A DNA stretch of 64,000 bases from Entomortierella parvispora E1425 (taxonomy: Eukaryota; Fungi; Mortierellomycota). Shown piece by piece: positions 61,218 through 64,000 of the stretch (positions within the stretch are counted from its first letter, which is position 1; each line of letters starts with the position of its first letter). The stretch lies in contig BQFW01000006.1 of NCBI GenBank assembly GCA_020891255.1, positions 2,170,001-2,234,000 on the forward strand. The letters are read 5' to 3'. The translations under genes and the position numbers were made by a program. The notes beneath the pieces were generated by a model. The model was not told where the DNA came from, did no database searches, and worked only from the letters and a program-made list of their open reading frames with translations.

Positions 61218-63698
61218 ATGGAGAGCATTACTCAATGGGATCCCAACAGGGTGCATCAGTGGATGGCCTCTATTGGCTTCCCCAACTATGAAAAGCAAAT
61301 CAAGGGTAAAGCTCTAGCGACTTCTTTGCGCGCTTAGGCTGAGGACAAAAACCGCTGCAGTGACCTTTGTCCTGATGACCATTGGACTCATTTCCACCAT
61401 TTTTGTTCATGTTGCTACAGACAATGCTATCTCGGGCGATCTTCTCGTCCACCTGGACCATGCCGCTCTCAAAGACCTGTCAGTCTGGGAAGTCGGGAAG
61501 CGACTCTTTATTCTCAAGGCAATTTATCAACTGAAGGTCTCCTATGGAATCTCCCTTGAAGCTGGCGACTATGTCCCTCCAAGTAAGCCCCATGAATTGA
61601 GCAGCGGGTGCATGGTCCTTGCTGTCCTGACTAATTAGATTAACATGATTCAAACTGAATGAACAACCTAGGTGTGGCTTTCGAGAATGAATACAACTAC
61701 CAAGCAGCAGCCAGTCTGAAGTCTGTGGAGCAAGCTGTGCATGAGAAAGGTGAGGAGTGGGGGGCAGCTCTGGTAGCACTGTTTTCCAAAAAATGAATTC
61801 AATGTGGTCAACTGTTTTAACAAGGGGTTTCCCGCGTCTTTTAGATAACACAATCCAACATCTGGTACGAGAAGTCGAGCGGATGTCCAAAGATCTCACC
61901 AAGCTCAAGGATGAACTCTGGGTCATGCAGAAGGATCAAAAGGTAGGCAGCTGGAACACCGACAGAGCAGGACAAAGCTATGCTTGGTGAACATGGTGTA
62001 CTGACCTTTTTTTTCCCTCCTGCAGCCGTTACCGGAGCCAAGTTCAGGACATGGAAAAACTTTTGCTATCAGCGGCCCGTCGCTGTCCATCACTCAATCT
62101 TCGCACGCTCCCCACACCACATTGGCACCTCTCCAGTCTCCTATTCATGCCTCTCATATTCTCTCTTCGACCCGTTCGCCCGGTTACAACACAGACTCGG
62201 GATTCCACTCCATACCCAGCTCACCTCATTCGCCAGCAGATACCCGAGGACGAGGCACCCATGCAGAAGCACACGAAGTAATGGACATGGCCAGCAGATG
62301 TGGAAAGCTGCTTGTCGTTTCAGCCCTATGCTAACACTCTTTCGTGCAAATGTGATAGGATGGAAAGGCAAACGGATCACCAGGAATTGATGGTGCAGGC
62401 GCTATCAAGGTCTATGGTCAAAAACCTTCGACGAACCGTGACCCCGTGGATGCATTTAGAAGCTTCAGGATCTCTCAGGACGACCCTTGCTACAAGGTTC
62501 TTCCCGCGGCTTTGAAAAAATACAAAATCAACGACGACTGGCGGCAGTATGCACTCTTTATCTGTTACGGGAACACCGGTAAGGACTCCATCCAAAACTG
62601 CTGTCTCATGCTTTTCAATTGAGCTACACAATATCTTGGGACTAAGGACCGATTACTTTTGCCCTTAATTTAGAACGCATTCTTACGTACAACGAAAAGC
62701 CACTCCTGCTCATGAAGCAGCTCAAAGAAGCGAACGAGTCTCCAGTTTTCATGCTAAAGCATATCAGGCAGATGAAGTCGCCGGCTGTGAATGCTCCTTC
62801 TCCACCAAACTCACACCCTCCACGCAAGAGTTCAGACCTTTTGAATAAGGAGCTACCCTTGCCCCCAGAGATGATGGCTGCAGCGACTGGTCCTACAGCG
62901 GCGGCCTTGATGGCGAGCAATGGACAGTCCCATGGACCCATGGGCTCGAATGGACAGGCGTCACCTCACACTGGATCTTCACTTGCCCGCTCTGGCACTT
63001 CAGCATCTATGCGATCCTCAAGTAAGCCCTCGAGTAGTGGTAGGAGCTATGATTGACTTGTATTTTTTGAGTCAACCCACAATGTGTTTTAATGATGCTG
63101 ATGTTTTGATTGAATTTTGTTAGGTGCGACTCCAGGCTCCCCTTCAAACCTTGCGACAGTCTCTTCCGTCTCAGCGTCATCACCAGCTGGCCCAGGATCA
63201 AAGACTGAGCTGAAAACAGAGGGATATCTTCAAGAGCCTGTTGAGGCCTCTGGAACAGCAGTTGCAATGTACGCATGGGAAGCAAAGAGGGATGACGAGT
63301 TAAATGTTAAAGTGGGTGACGTATTCAAGATCCGGAGCAAGGGCCACGGATGGTGGGTAGTGCAACGTGAGAACGAAGTAGGCTGGATCCCAGCCAGCAT
63401 TCTGTCTGAGAGTAATTCTGAGGATGGATACTTCACAGCCGATGGTATCGCCATCTTTGATTTTGAAAAGACGGGACCCAATGAGCTCAGTATCAAGACT
63501 GGCGATCAATTGGTAAGTTTGGATAGAGGACTTCACTTTGTTTTGAAACGACTCTAGTCGACCATGACCAGCCATCTAACACACCCTCTGGCACTTTCTC
63601 AATAGAAAATCTTCCGACGCCACCAACATTGGCTGCTGGCAACGAGCGGTGAGAACCGTGGATGGGTTCCCAGTTGGTTCGTGAGTCTGACAGAGTGA
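61218..63698 (+). CDS. STE50: Ste50/Ubc2-like MAPK adaptor: SAM - coiled coil - RA - two SH3 domains (many introns; last exon may instead end at 63807)
   Basis: SAM WDPNRVHQWMASIGF...LVHLDHAALKDL; RA FRISQDDPCYKVLPAALKKYKINDDWRQYALFICYG...EKPL; SH3 AMYAWEAKRDDELNV...GWW...GWIPASIL and second SH3 IFDFEKTGPNELSI...GWVPSWF. Confidence 0.9.
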
Positions 63699-64000
63699 TC
63701 TAGATTTTTTACGACCTTCATGTATTTATTATTAATAAACGCCTGATGATAACGACGATCTTGCCAACATGGCGGTGTTGCACATTCAGATATGGTTGCA
63801 CAGATAGCGCGTTACCGGCGGAGCTAGCCTGTCTGGGGTAGACGGGGAGCGAAAATCATATTGTGGGTGAGATCATGGTGACACCCGCTAGTCGCGTATT
63901 TGACGGAAATGCGGAAACGCGGCTGGGTCAGTCACCTCACAATGATGCGGACCAGAGAATAAAAGTGATGGATAAGGTGCGTTGAATGAAGAACCGTTTT

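Overview
64 kb of gene-dense, intron-containing fungal genomic DNA. The gene content, GT-AG introns with CTAAC/CTGAC branch points and Q/S-rich low-complexity proteins suggest an early-diverging fungus, most likely Mortierellaceae (inference). Most of the window is ordinary housekeeping content: SAS10/UTP3, mitochondrial GluRS, YTM1, APC10, RPP0, MED10, SSS1, TIM10, CUE3/ASCC2, TAF13, class IV chitin synthase, STE50-like adaptor and tRNA-Leu(CAA). The main candidate novel system is at about 43.4-48.0 kb. It is a spliced gene whose C-terminus is a Fanzor/TnpB-type RNA-guided nuclease with all three RuvC motifs and the zinc finger intact. Its N-terminus is a broken XPG/FEN1-type (PIN-fold plus H3TH) nuclease. 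It is followed by a structured, apparently spliced non-coding tail (candidate omegaRNA region). Other notable items: a MerT-like transporter fused to an HMA domain; an AAC4-like restriction-endonuclease-fold protein; an intronic C/D snoRNA with an 18-nt 18S complement; a recent inverted duplication of a BAG-domain gene with a nested promoter micro-inversion; a 266-nt AG-free intron tract in TIM10; and a 53-bp near-perfect palindrome. Exon boundaries were read by eye and family assignments come from motif recognition, not database searches.
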